The notes below the pieces were generated by a model, which worked only from the letters and a program-made list of their open reading frames with translations, ran no database searches and had not been told where the DNA came from. Positions 8,694-17,707 of a stretch of DNA of 64,000 bases are shown here, piece after piece (position 1 is the first letter of the stretch; every line of letters starts with the position of its first letter). The stretch is taken from positions 64 to 64,063 of the forward strand of contig JAFVTF010000008.1 of the NCBI GenBank assembly GCA_017503375.1. Reading direction: 5' to 3'. Made by a program: the position numbers and the translations under genes. The DNA comes from Lentisphaeria bacterium. Lineage in GTDB: Bacteria > Verrucomicrobiota > Lentisphaeria > Victivallales > UBA1829.

Positions 8694-11600
8694 TTACTTG
8701 ATATCAATCTGATAATCAAAAATCTTCACTTCAGAATCTTTCGGTATAATAATCAAAGGTCTGATCTGTTTCACCTTGGGATCAGTGATCTGGAACATAA
8801 TACCGTTCTGTTTCATCTCCGGTGTCAGCTCAACCGGCTTGGAAACAACCTTGAATCCGCCGTAACCGTAATCCGTATAGCTGAAGAAACCGAAACTCGC
8901 TTTCCCTTTTCCGGAGGCCTTGAACCGGATTGTCACAAATGTTCCAGGTTTTACCTTGACCGCTGACGGATCAAAGTAAATGAAATATTTCTTTCCGGTG
9001 AATTCTATGGAATCATGATTCAACTTCAACAGCTGATCTTTTTCCTTCGATAATGCGGCATTTGAAAACGTCCATTTTGTCAAGCTGGAAAAATCAAGAA
9101 TTTCTTTTTTGATTTCAAAACGATAATCGGAGACCTTGACGTTTGCCCCCTGCGGAACAATAATCATCGGACGGACCTGTTTTACCTTGGAATCAGTGAT
9201 CTTGAACACGATTCTGTGCTGTTTGGCTGCAGAGGTTGCATTAACCGTCTGTGAAATTGTCTTCGCTCCGCTGTATTTGTAATCCGTATAGGAAATAAAA
9301 CCGAAGGGAATCTTGCCTTTTCCGGATGCCTTGAAGCTGATTTCTGCAAACATGCCCGGGGTTACTTTTATTGCGGTCGGATTGAAATAAATCAGATATT
9401 TCTTCCCGTTCAGTTCAACGGAATCACCGCTGACTTTCAAATACTGATTCTTCGCCCTGGCAGCTTCAAGATTCGTGAAGGTCCACCGGGTTATGGGAAG
9501 CTGTTTTTCCGGAGTTTCAACAACTTTATCGGAATCAAGAATTTCCAATTTGTAATTCCGGATCACGATTTCCGCATCTTTTGCCAGTGAAAAGAGTTCG
9601 CGGACCGCAACTGTTCCCGCTTTTGTGATGGGGAATACCAGACGGAACTGCTGTTCTTTGTCTGTCAAATACAACTCTTTCCAGAGCTGTCCATGCATTC
9701 CGTAACCGTAATCTTTGTTCAGGAACAATCCGAAGGAGACCTTTCCTTTTCCTTTTGCATTGAAGGTTATGACAACAGATTTTCCGGTTGTGAGATCATG
9801 GGAGTTTTCATGCATGAACATACGGTTCTTCAGATATCCGCGGAAAGTAAGCCCGTTTCCGTCGGGGTGATACAACCGGCTTCCTTTGGTTCCGCTGAAC
9901 CGTTCGGCTGCGTTTGTAAGAACCCAGCCCTGTTCAAACGGGATTTTCGGCAGTTCAACCTTCGGCGGATTGCCGAGAACAACCATACGGTATCCCATTT
10001 TCGGAACAGTCAGAGTGATCTCATCCCCATTGGCTTTCAGCGGGGTTCTGTCGGGCCAGTTGATATAATTTCCACCTTTGACTTTCAAAACATCCCGGTT
10101 GAACTTGACTTTTCCGGTACGGTCAACTTTATCTTTGCTCAGGTTGGCAATCACAAACAGAACACTTCCGTTATCATGTTTGTAAGCGGAAACATAAACC
10201 TCTTTCATATCAGTGGATGCCGGAGGAGTATCATCGTAATAGGCATAGAAATCACTGTTGCCGTAATCGAACAAATCCAGTTCCTGACGGACACGGTCCA
10301 CTTCCCTGTTGTTGACCCACAGACGGCAGATGGGAACATCGTGAACCATACCGATCGCCATCAATTCCCGTGTGGCATCAGGCGTTTTTGTCATCTTGCC
10401 GCGCATTTCAGGCAGGAAGTAGGGAGCAATTCCCCACTGACGTCCGATGAATTCCGCACGGAACGTATCAAGGCTCATCACTTCCATATAAGATTTATCC
10501 GTAACCCATGCGGCAAAGGGATGTTCACCATCAAAATAACCGTCAAGCCAGCTCAGGACAGGGATATTCAATTTTGCAGACATGTGTCCCCAGATCCAGG
10601 TTTCCCACGGCTGCTTTTTGATGACAGAATACATCCGTTTGAAGAGCTGTCTCTGTGCCCGGATTGGATAAGTCGGATAAAAAATACCGTTTTCTTCATA
10701 TCCCACATTCGCATTTTTTCCGGCGTTTGCGTATGGATGAAGCTGGTCATAATAATAACCGTTGAGCTTATGCGCCTCTACAAAATTCTTTGCAGACCAC
10801 ACATAGAAATCTGCAAGACTCTGTACTGCCGGAGAACAGCAATACCAGTTTTTCTTCCAGCCGGAACGGGAGATATAAGGATCTTCAAAACCGAACCACC
10901 AGTGTTTCTTGAAGAAGACAGCTTCGGGGCGTTCTTCCGTGATAAATGTCGGAGCCGTATAGGGAGTGACTTTCACATTCTTTGCATGGAAAAATTTGAC
11001 CATGTCGGTATAATACTGCGGATCAGCAGCTTTCATAAAACCGGCCCCGGTCGTGAGCGGAGTATTCACAAATTCAAGATTTTTTCCATAGCCGTACATA
11101 CGGATCACACGGTTTTTCCGGGCATCATAGTTCTTGACCGGAGTCGCCTGAAGCATGAAATTCAATTTCCAGTTGGGCTTCACTTTCTGTCCGGGTTTGA
11201 TGATATTCAGACACAAGGTGACAGCATCTTTGGAACGGATGAACTGAACAGTATCTTTTCCTTTTTTATTGGGCCACATTTCATCGGATTCGCAGCACCA
11301 GAAAAGTCCGCGATAGTTATCGCCCAGCCAGCTGAAGGGCATCCAGGAACTGGATTCCACAACGCCATTTCCTTCGGGAACAGCTTTCGGCAAAACAACT
11401 TTGAGCACGCTGAACAGATGGCGGTACAAAGCATTTTTCTTGTTGACGGAGATATTCAAGCTCAAAGTATCAAAGGGAAGAGCTTTTCCATTCAGCGGCT
11501 TGAAGGTAACGTAAATGAATCCGTCATATTCCATTTCGCTGCGAATTTCAAAATCAACACCTCCGGCAGAGATCACTCCGACAATTGTTGCTTTTGTTCC

Positions 11601-12521
11601 GGAGAATTTTTCAAATTTGACAGGTCCTTTTGCTTTCCAGGTGAGAGGCTTTCCGTTTTTCATCATGGAAAACGCAATCGGCTGTTTCAAAAGCTGCTGT
11701 CCTTTGGCAACAATCTGTGTCGGCAAACCGTGGCTGCCAAAGGTATATTCCCGGTTCAGACAGGAAATGGTATTTCCCTTTTTCGTCATGGGCGTCCACG
11801 GCGGAAGAACTTCATCTTCCATTCCCAGCTTGTTGCCCATCCACTCCAGGGTGGGAATGATCATTTCATCCTTGACCTGAATCTTTTTCCCGGTATTCAG
11901 TACAAGTTCTGCGGAGAGCTGATATTTTCCGGGCGTATGAGGTTTCGGAAGAGCAAGTGTTGCTCTGGCAAGTGTACTGCCTTTCCGGAATTTCAACGGA
12001 GCTTTCTTTCCATTGAATACAGCTGTTCCGGAAATTTTTTCTGCTGAAATACCTGTATTTTTGATATCGGTAATGATTGTAATGGTATTGTCATCGGGGT
12101 CAATCGTGTAATCCAGTTTGACTTTATCAGCCGAGAACTGAGCGGTGGGAGCTTTTTCAGCAACATCCAGATTCACGAAAATATCGAAAAAGAATTTGCC
12201 GTCAAGCTGAACCATTCCGGCCATATTGTATCTGCCCGGCTTCGGGAGCGGAAGAACACAGAACCCTTTTCCATTGACAAATTTTTCCTCTTTCCGGATT
12301 TTTGTTCCCTGAACATAGCAGACCAGCTTGATGCGGCTGTCCGGAACCGGAGTTTTTCCGGTATCAAAGGTGATGAAGATCTTTTTCTGTGCATAATCCA
12401 CATAGAACTCCATCTTACTGGCTTCCTGACAGAGCGGGTGCAATGCAGGAACATTCTGCGCCTGAGCCGGAATCATCCACACGGCAGCAAGCAATGAAAC
12501 AATCCATAATAAATGCTTCAT
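8694..12521 (-). CDS. Giant secreted glycoside-hydrolase-like protein (paralogue 1, 1275 aa) with three C-terminal beta-sandwich modules
   Basis: Signal peptide MKHLLWIVSLLAAVWMIPAQA. Two N-terminal ~100-aa repeats. Central region with LPPWTP and WCCESDEMW motifs (DUF6067/GH-like; the family needs an HMM check). Collinear with the ORF at 12534-15968. Confidence 0.8.
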   Translation of the reverse strand: MKHLLWIVSLLAAVWMIPAQAQNVPALHPLCQEASKMEFYVDYAQKKIFITFDTGKTPVPDSRIKLVCYVQGTKIRKEEKFVNGKGFCVLPLPKPGRYNMAGMVQLDGKFFFDIFVNLDVAEKAPTAQFSADKVKLDYTIDPDDNTITIITDIKNTGISAEKISGTAVFNGKKAPLKFRKGSTLARATLALPKPHTPGKYQLSAELVLNTGKKIQVKDEMIIPTLEWMGNKLGMEDEVLPPWTPMTKKGNTISCLNREYTFGSHGLPTQIVAKGQQLLKQPIAFSMMKNGKPLTWKAKGPVKFEKFSGTKATIVGVISAGGVDFEIRSEMEYDGFIYVTFKPLNGKALPFDTLSLNISVNKKNALYRHLFSVLKVVLPKAVPEGNGVVESSSWMPFSWLGDNYRGLFWCCESDEMWPNKKGKDTVQFIRSKDAVTLCLNIIKPGQKVKPNWKLNFMLQATPVKNYDARKNRVIRMYGYGKNLEFVNTPLTTGAGFMKAADPQYYTDMVKFFHAKNVKVTPYTAPTFITEERPEAVFFKKHWWFGFEDPYISRSGWKKNWYCCSPAVQSLADFYVWSAKNFVEAHKLNGYYYDQLHPYANAGKNANVGYEENGIFYPTYPIRAQRQLFKRMYSVIKKQPWETWIWGHMSAKLNIPVLSWLDGYFDGEHPFAAWVTDKSYMEVMSLDTFRAEFIGRQWGIAPYFLPEMRGKMTKTPDATRELMAIGMVHDVPICRLWVNNREVDRVRQELDLFDYGNSDFYAYYDDTPPASTDMKEVYVSAYKHDNGSVLFVIANLSKDKVDRTGKVKFNRDVLKVKGGNYINWPDRTPLKANGDEITLTVPKMGYRMVVLGNPPKVELPKIPFEQGWVLTNAAERFSGTKGSRLYHPDGNGLTFRGYLKNRMFMHENSHDLTTGKSVVITFNAKGKGKVSFGLFLNKDYGYGMHGQLWKELYLTDKEQQFRLVFPITKAGTVAVRELFSLAKDAEIVIRNYKLEILDSDKVVETPEKQLPITRWTFTNLEAARAKNQYLKVSGDSVELNGKKYLIYFNPTAIKVTPGMFAEISFKASGKGKIPFGFISYTDYKYSGAKTISQTVNATSAAKQHRIVFKITDSKVKQVRPMIIVPQGANVKVSDYRFEIKKEILDFSSLTKWTFSNAALSKEKDQLLKLNHDSIEFTGKKYFIYFDPSAVKVKPGTFVTIRFKASGKGKASFGFFSYTDYGYGGFKVVSKPVELTPEMKQNGIMFQITDPKVKQIRPLIIIPKDSEVKIFDYQIDIK
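8697..9940 (-). repeat. Three tandem ~130-aa coding modules (approx 9540-9940, 9100-9497, 8697-9080)
   Basis: Modules 2 and 3 align closely: (I/L)T(R/K)WTF(T/S)N...GKKY(L/F)IYF(N/D)P(T/S)A(I/V)KV(T/K)PG...FKASGKGK...SYTDY.Y.G...KV(S/K).(Y/F)D?Y..(E/D)IK. Module 1 is more diverged. Confidence 0.7.
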
Positions 12522-12533
12522 GTTTTCCTCTCT

Positions 12534-15500
12534 TTATTTTTTAATTTGAATCTGATAATCTGTAATTTTTGCGTCTGTATCTTTCAGTACCATCATCATG
12601 GGACGAATCTGTTTGATGGCAGGATCTTTGATCTGGAAACGCAGCATACATTCCTGCATTCCAGGCTTCACTTTCACATAAGTTCCAGCATTGTTCAACC
12701 CGCCGTAACCGTAATCGGTATAGCTGAGATATCCAAGTTTGATCTGTCCTTTTCCGGAAAATTTACATTTCACGATAACTGTATCTCCGGTCTTGACTTT
12801 CAGCGGTGTCTGCTGGAAATAGATGAAGAATTTCTTTCCGGTCAGATGAAGAACGTTCCCGTTTTCCTTTGCATATTGATCCAATACGCTCCGCAATGCA
12901 GGTTCGGCAATGGTCCAGTTTGCAAAAGGAGTTCCCCCTTTCAACTCCATCGGTTCAGCTTCTTCTCCGGTCTTTGCCACCGTGATTTTGCAATCATAAA
13001 TGGTAACTTCTGCACCTTTTTCCAGTGAGATCATGTGACGGACTGCTTTCACCCCAGCCTTGTCAATGGGGAAATGCAGACGGTACTGCTGCGGTTTATC
13101 GCTCAACGCAACACCTTTCCAAATCTGTCCGGCAATATCATAAGCATAATCTTTGTTAAGATAAAGCCCCATCTTGAACACGCCTTTTCCTTTTGCGGTG
13201 AAGTCCATGGTGACGGTCTGTCCGGGAAGCGCATCCGTCAGCCGTTCATGCATGAACATTCTGAACTTGTCCACGCCGAAAAATTCAGCTCCGGTATGAC
13301 TGTTCAGCAGACGCATAGTCTTTGCAGAATCTTTCAGACGGTCCTTGAAGTTCACAAGCACCCAATCCTGTCCGAAGGGAGGATTCGGCAGTTTGATATC
13401 CGGCGGATTGCCGAGAACGATCATCCGGTATCCCATTTTCGGAACAGTCAGCTTAATGGTATCGCCATCGGTTTTCAGCGGAGTTTTATCCGGCCAGTTG
13501 ATATACTTTCCGGGTTTGACTTTCAGAATATCACGGTTGATCCGGATGGTTCCGGTACGGTCCAGTTTTTCCTTGCTCAAGTTGGCAACATAGAAGAGAA
13601 CACTTCCGTTATCATGTTTGTAAGCGGAAATATAAACATCCTTCATATCCGTTGCTGCCGGGGGAACATCATCGTAATAGGCATAAAAATCACTGTTGCC
13701 GTAATCAAACAAATCCATTTCCCGCTGAATCCGGTCAAGCTCATGACCGTTGCACCACAAACGGCACATGGGAATGTCATGAACCATACCGATCGACATC
13801 AGCTCCCGGGTGGGTTCTGATTCTTTGATATATTTACCTCTGTATTCCGGCAGGAAGAAGGGCGCAAGTCCCCACTGACGTCCGATGAATTCAGCACGAA
13901 CCGTATCAAGACTCATGACTTCCATATAAGACTTGTTCTGAACCCATGCGGCAAAGGGATGTTCTCCATCGAAATAACCATCCACCCAGCTGAGAGCGGC
14001 AATATTCATTTTGGCAGACATGTGCGCCCAGACCCAAGTTTCCCGGGGCTGTTTCTTGATGACTGTATAAAGCCGTTTGAACAGATTTCTCTGTGCCCGG
14101 ATGGGATAGGTCGGATAGTAAATCCCGTTATCTTCGTACCCGGTTCCTGCGCTCTTCCCGGCGTAAGCATACGGATGGAACTGGTCATAATAGAACCCGT
14201 TGAGTTTATGCTGTTCGATAAACTTTTTGGCATTCCAGAGTACAAAATCCGCATATCCTTTTCCGGCAGGAGAAGCACAATACCATGTTTCATCCCAGCC
14301 GGAACGGAGAATGGCGGGATCTTCAAACCCGAACCACCAGTATTTCTTGAAGAAAATACTTTCCGGAGCAGCTTCGGTAATAAACGTGGGAGCGGTATAC
14401 GGCGTAACCAGAATTCCCCGTTTCTGACGGGCTGCAACATCGTAGGAATAACGTTCCGGATCACGTGCTTTGTAAAAACCGCAGCCCACTGTGGTCAGCG
14501 GATACATGATGAATTCCAGATTTCTGCCGACACCGTAAGTCCGGATTTTCCGGGCCTTGCGTGCATCGTAATTCTTCACAGGCGTCGCCATCAGCATGAA
14601 GGAAAGATTCCAGTTCTTCTTGATCTTCTGTCCGCGCTTGATCACATTCAAACGCAATGTCACAGAATCATTATCCCGGACAAATTCCACAGCATTACCT
14701 TTTTTATTGGACCACATTTCATCGGATTCACAGCACCAGAAAAGTCCGCGGTAATTATCCCCCAGCCATGCAAAGGGACGCCATTCGCTGGTTTCAACGA
14801 TTCCCTTTCCGGCAGGAACTGCTTTTGGAAGAACAACTTTGAACACGCTGAACAAGTGACGGTAAAGAGCATTTTTCTTATTGACAGGCAATTCCAGACT
14901 CAAAGCATCGAACGGAAGAGGCTTGCTGTTCAACGGTTTCACTGTGATGTAAATAAAACCGTCATATTCCATTTCGCTGCGGATTTCAAAATCGGTATTC
15001 CCCGCAGAAATTTTGCCGATGATTGTCGCTTTGGTATCTGTAACTTTTTCAAACTTCACACCTTTTGCTTTCCAGTTCAACGGTTTCCCGTTTTTGGACA
15101 TTTTCAGTGTGATGGGGGATTTCAGCAGAGGCTGACCTTTTGCAATGATCTGATCAGGCAAACCGTGTGCACCGAACATATATTCCCGGTTGAGACAGAA
15201 CAGAGAATTTCCTTTTCTTTTGATGGGAGTCCACGGCGGAAGAACTTCATCTTCCATCCCGATCTTATTGCCCATCCATTCCAGAGAAGGAATCGTGACA
15301 TTCTTTTTGATCCGGATTTTTTTCCCGGACTTTAAAGAAAGATCCGCCTCAATAAAAAATGTGCCAGGGGTGTGCGGTTTCAGCAGAGGAAGTTCCGTAC
15401 TTGCAATGGTACTGCCTTTTCTGAACTTCAAAGCACCTTTCTTTCCCTGAAATGTAACAGATCCGGCAACAAGTTCCGCTGAAACACCGGTATCTTTGAT

Positions 15501-15968
15501 ATCTGTTGTTACGGAAATCGTATTTTTATCGGGATCGAAGGAATACAAAAGTTTTACCTTTTCCGGAACGAACTGGGCGGCAGGAGCTTTTTCTGCAATT
15601 TCCAGATTCACAAAAATATCAAAGAAGAACTGTCCGTCGAGGCGAACCATTCCTGCCATACTGTATCTGCCCGGTTTCGGCATGGGAAGAACACAGCTTG
15701 CTTTGCCGTTGACAAATTTTTCCTGTTTCCGGTAAGGCGTTCCCTGAATATAACACTCCAGCAGGATCTTACTGTCAGGGACAGGCGTATTTCCGGTATC
15801 AAATGAGATGAACACCTTTTTTTGAGTATAATCGACGTAAAATTCCATCTTGCTTGCTTCCTGACAAAGCGGATGCAGTGCAGGAACGTTTTTCTGTTCC
15901 GCATTTACTGCGGCAGGCAATAGGGAACACAACAATAACGGGATGAATAAAAAAAACTGTTTTTTCAT
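12534..15968 (-). CDS. Giant secreted glycoside-hydrolase-like protein (paralogue 2, ~1144 aa) with two C-terminal modules
   Basis: Collinear with 8694-12521 (shared NVPALHPLCQEASKMEFYVDY..., WCCESDEMW, NSDFYAYYDD). Start set at ATG 15968 (MKKQFFLFIPLLL signal peptide) rather than the track start at 16013, which would overlap the upstream gene. Confidence 0.8.
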   Translation of the reverse strand: MKKQFFLFIPLLLCSLLPAAVNAEQKNVPALHPLCQEASKMEFYVDYTQKKVFISFDTGNTPVPDSKILLECYIQGTPYRKQEKFVNGKASCVLPMPKPGRYSMAGMVRLDGQFFFDIFVNLEIAEKAPAAQFVPEKVKLLYSFDPDKNTISVTTDIKDTGVSAELVAGSVTFQGKKGALKFRKGSTIASTELPLLKPHTPGTFFIEADLSLKSGKKIRIKKNVTIPSLEWMGNKIGMEDEVLPPWTPIKRKGNSLFCLNREYMFGAHGLPDQIIAKGQPLLKSPITLKMSKNGKPLNWKAKGVKFEKVTDTKATIIGKISAGNTDFEIRSEMEYDGFIYITVKPLNSKPLPFDALSLELPVNKKNALYRHLFSVFKVVLPKAVPAGKGIVETSEWRPFAWLGDNYRGLFWCCESDEMWSNKKGNAVEFVRDNDSVTLRLNVIKRGQKIKKNWNLSFMLMATPVKNYDARKARKIRTYGVGRNLEFIMYPLTTVGCGFYKARDPERYSYDVAARQKRGILVTPYTAPTFITEAAPESIFFKKYWWFGFEDPAILRSGWDETWYCASPAGKGYADFVLWNAKKFIEQHKLNGFYYDQFHPYAYAGKSAGTGYEDNGIYYPTYPIRAQRNLFKRLYTVIKKQPRETWVWAHMSAKMNIAALSWVDGYFDGEHPFAAWVQNKSYMEVMSLDTVRAEFIGRQWGLAPFFLPEYRGKYIKESEPTRELMSIGMVHDIPMCRLWCNGHELDRIQREMDLFDYGNSDFYAYYDDVPPAATDMKDVYISAYKHDNGSVLFYVANLSKEKLDRTGTIRINRDILKVKPGKYINWPDKTPLKTDGDTIKLTVPKMGYRMIVLGNPPDIKLPNPPFGQDWVLVNFKDRLKDSAKTMRLLNSHTGAEFFGVDKFRMFMHERLTDALPGQTVTMDFTAKGKGVFKMGLYLNKDYAYDIAGQIWKGVALSDKPQQYRLHFPIDKAGVKAVRHMISLEKGAEVTIYDCKITVAKTGEEAEPMELKGGTPFANWTIAEPALRSVLDQYAKENGNVLHLTGKKFFIYFQQTPLKVKTGDTVIVKCKFSGKGQIKLGYLSYTDYGYGGLNNAGTYVKVKPGMQECMLRFQIKDPAIKQIRPMMMVLKDTDAKITDYQIQIKK

Positions 15969-15991
15969 ACGTGCAACCCTTATGGCGTGTT

Positions 15992-16624
15992 TTAGAGATT
16001 CCAACCTGTGCAATTTGACATTTCTGTCATTGCTTCAGTCAGGGATTCTACATGTCCATCAAGGAATGTCATATTTCCACGACTGCTGTGGGGAGCAAAG
16101 AAATTTACCACATACTGATTGGTGGAAAGGGTTGTTCTCTTGCAGAAATACTGATTGGCACTATTGAATTCCCGTAATCTCGGATAGTTATTGCAGGTAC
16201 AGCCTGTCATGTAATACATGCCGGCAGGACGTTTGAAAGCATTGATCTTCTTCGGATTGTAGAACTGATGATAGTTCAGTGCAAGTGAGGTCCCCCGGTA
16301 AACTTTATTATTGCTTTTGTAGGAAAAACGGGTGTCGGGACAGCTGGATTTTCCCTGCTCCGGATTCAGATAACCTAAATATCTCAAAACTCCGCGCCAT
16401 TCAGAGTACTGCGGAGTAGATAAAACGACCCAAACGACCCAGTCTTCATAATCTGTGCTGTACTGCAACACGCTGAGCATTGTTTGTTTTTGCATGTTCA
16501 TGCAGTCTGCCCCGCGACCTTTGGCACGGGCATTGTTCAGGGCGGGCAGAAGCATTCCTGCCAGAATTGCAATGATGGCGATCACAACCAGCAGCTCGAT
16601 CAGGGTAAATCTTGTTTTTTTCAT
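15992..16624 (-). CDS. Type IV pilin-like pseudopilin with C-terminal H-X9-DG motif
   Basis: The N-terminus [33 protein letters not shown] is a class III signal/methylation motif of TIGR02532 type. C-terminal [12 protein letters not shown] is H-X9-DG (TIGR04294 type). AAGGAG RBS. Confidence 0.85.
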   Translation of the reverse strand: MKKTRFTLIELLVVIAIIAILAGMLLPALNNARAKGRGADCMNMQKQTMLSVLQYSTDYEDWVVWVVLSTPQYSEWRGVLRYLGYLNPEQGKSSCPDTRFSYKSNNKVYRGTSLALNYHQFYNPKKINAFKRPAGMYYMTGCTCNNYPRLREFNSANQYFCKRTTLSTNQYVVNFFAPHSSRGNMTFLDGHVESLTEAMTEMSNCTGWNL

Positions 16625-16649
16625 TAGATTCTCTCCTTATGTTAATTTT

Positions 16650-17687
16650 TTAACTTTGTTTTTTTCTTTGTATCGAAGAGTGTCTGATCTGAAGTGAGAC
16701 AGACAATAACTGATTTTGTATTTTTTTCCCTTTTTTCTTTTCGATGGCATCAATGATGGAATCAGTGACAATCTTTCCCATTTTTTCAAAATCCTGAACA
16801 ACACTGGAAAGCATGGGATAAGTCGTTTCAGAGATCATGGAACCGCCGAATCCGATCAGCGAAAAAACCTCCGGAACATGATACCCTTTAAAAAATGCAA
16901 TGTTATTCAATGCCGATGCAAGAACATCTGATTCACAAATCACGCCATCCACTTGATTTTTCAGCAAATCCGATAACACCGATTCCATATATTTCAAATC
17001 ATGGGAACGGGAATAGTCAATCCGCTGAAGATACGGTGTTTCCTCCGGATAAATCTTCCGGATTCCGGACTCAAATCCGGAAATACGGCGTATTTTATAC
17101 TCAATATCCGGAATCACTTCTGATTTTCCGGTGTAAAGATAAACAATTTTTCGGTGTCCGCTCTCTTTCAGATAACGGACAGATTCCATCACTCCGGCAG
17201 CGTCATCTGTCGTAACTCCGATCCCATCCGGATTGCTTAAATTCACAGTTCCGTAAGGAATTTTTTCATGGTCCAGCAATTCTGCCAACGGTTCAATCTG
17301 TCTCAGCTGGGAAACGTGAAAAATCACTCCGGCAACGCGCCATCCGGTGAGTTTCCGCAACAAAGCTTCCGGCGAATCTCCAATATGATGAACAATCAGA
17401 GTATATCCCCGTTCTCCCGCTGCTTCGATCACGCCATTCTGAATCCGTCCGGTATATTCCACGGTTCCCATATCAGAGTGAACAAATGCCAGAACATTAC
17501 TGTGTTTTTTCCCGATGGCAGCCGCCATTTGATTTTTACTGTATCCCAACCGGGAGGCTGTCTCCAGAATCAGCTGACGCGTCTCCGGACGCAACGATTG
17601 CGCACGGGGATGGTCATTCAAAACCTGGGAGACCGAACACAAATTGATCCCTGTCTCCCGGGAAATGTCTTTGAGGGTAACAGCCAT
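16650..17687 (-). CDS. LacI-family transcriptional regulator
   Basis: N-terminal HTH VTLKDISRETGINLCSVSQVLN. A periplasmic-binding-protein-like sugar-binding core of ~280 aa follows. Confidence 0.85.
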   Translation of the reverse strand: MAVTLKDISRETGINLCSVSQVLNDHPRAQSLRPETRQLILETASRLGYSKNQMAAAIGKKHSNVLAFVHSDMGTVEYTGRIQNGVIEAAGERGYTLIVHHIGDSPEALLRKLTGWRVAGVIFHVSQLRQIEPLAELLDHEKIPYGTVNLSNPDGIGVTTDDAAGVMESVRYLKESGHRKIVYLYTGKSEVIPDIEYKIRRISGFESGIRKIYPEETPYLQRIDYSRSHDLKYMESVLSDLLKNQVDGVICESDVLASALNNIAFFKGYHVPEVFSLIGFGGSMISETTYPMLSSVVQDFEKMGKIVTDSIIDAIEKKKGKKIQNQLLSVSLQIRHSSIQRKKQS

Positions 17688-17707
17688 GATTGCTTATCAC
17701 TCCGTTT

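Noticed and set aside
9693-12047. 784-aa plus-strand ORF, the longest unexplained ORF in the track
   Set aside because: It is exactly codon-aligned antisense to the 1275-aa gene at 8694-12521, since both start coordinates are 0 mod 3. Its translation is low-complexity and rich in F, C, H and I. It has no RBS context. The sense strand has a signal peptide, a paralogue and domain structure.
13959-15335. 458-aa plus-strand ORF. Similar cases: 29974-31236, 40362-41444, 55249-56313, 5368-6402, 26137-27102
   Set aside because: All lie inside stronger genes on the opposite strand (codon alignment confirmed by arithmetic for 13959-15335 and 29974-31236). Their translations are F/C/H-rich with no motifs. 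The same mechanism explains them as the cases above.
15949-15956. Homopolymer tracts near 5' ends of locus genes as phase-variation switches: T8 on the coding strand in the signal peptide of giant paralogue 2, and A8 at 52888-52895 in the second LacI gene
   Set aside because: The tracts are short (8 nt) and encode ordinary Phe/Lys runs. A single sequence gives no evidence of length heterogeneity.
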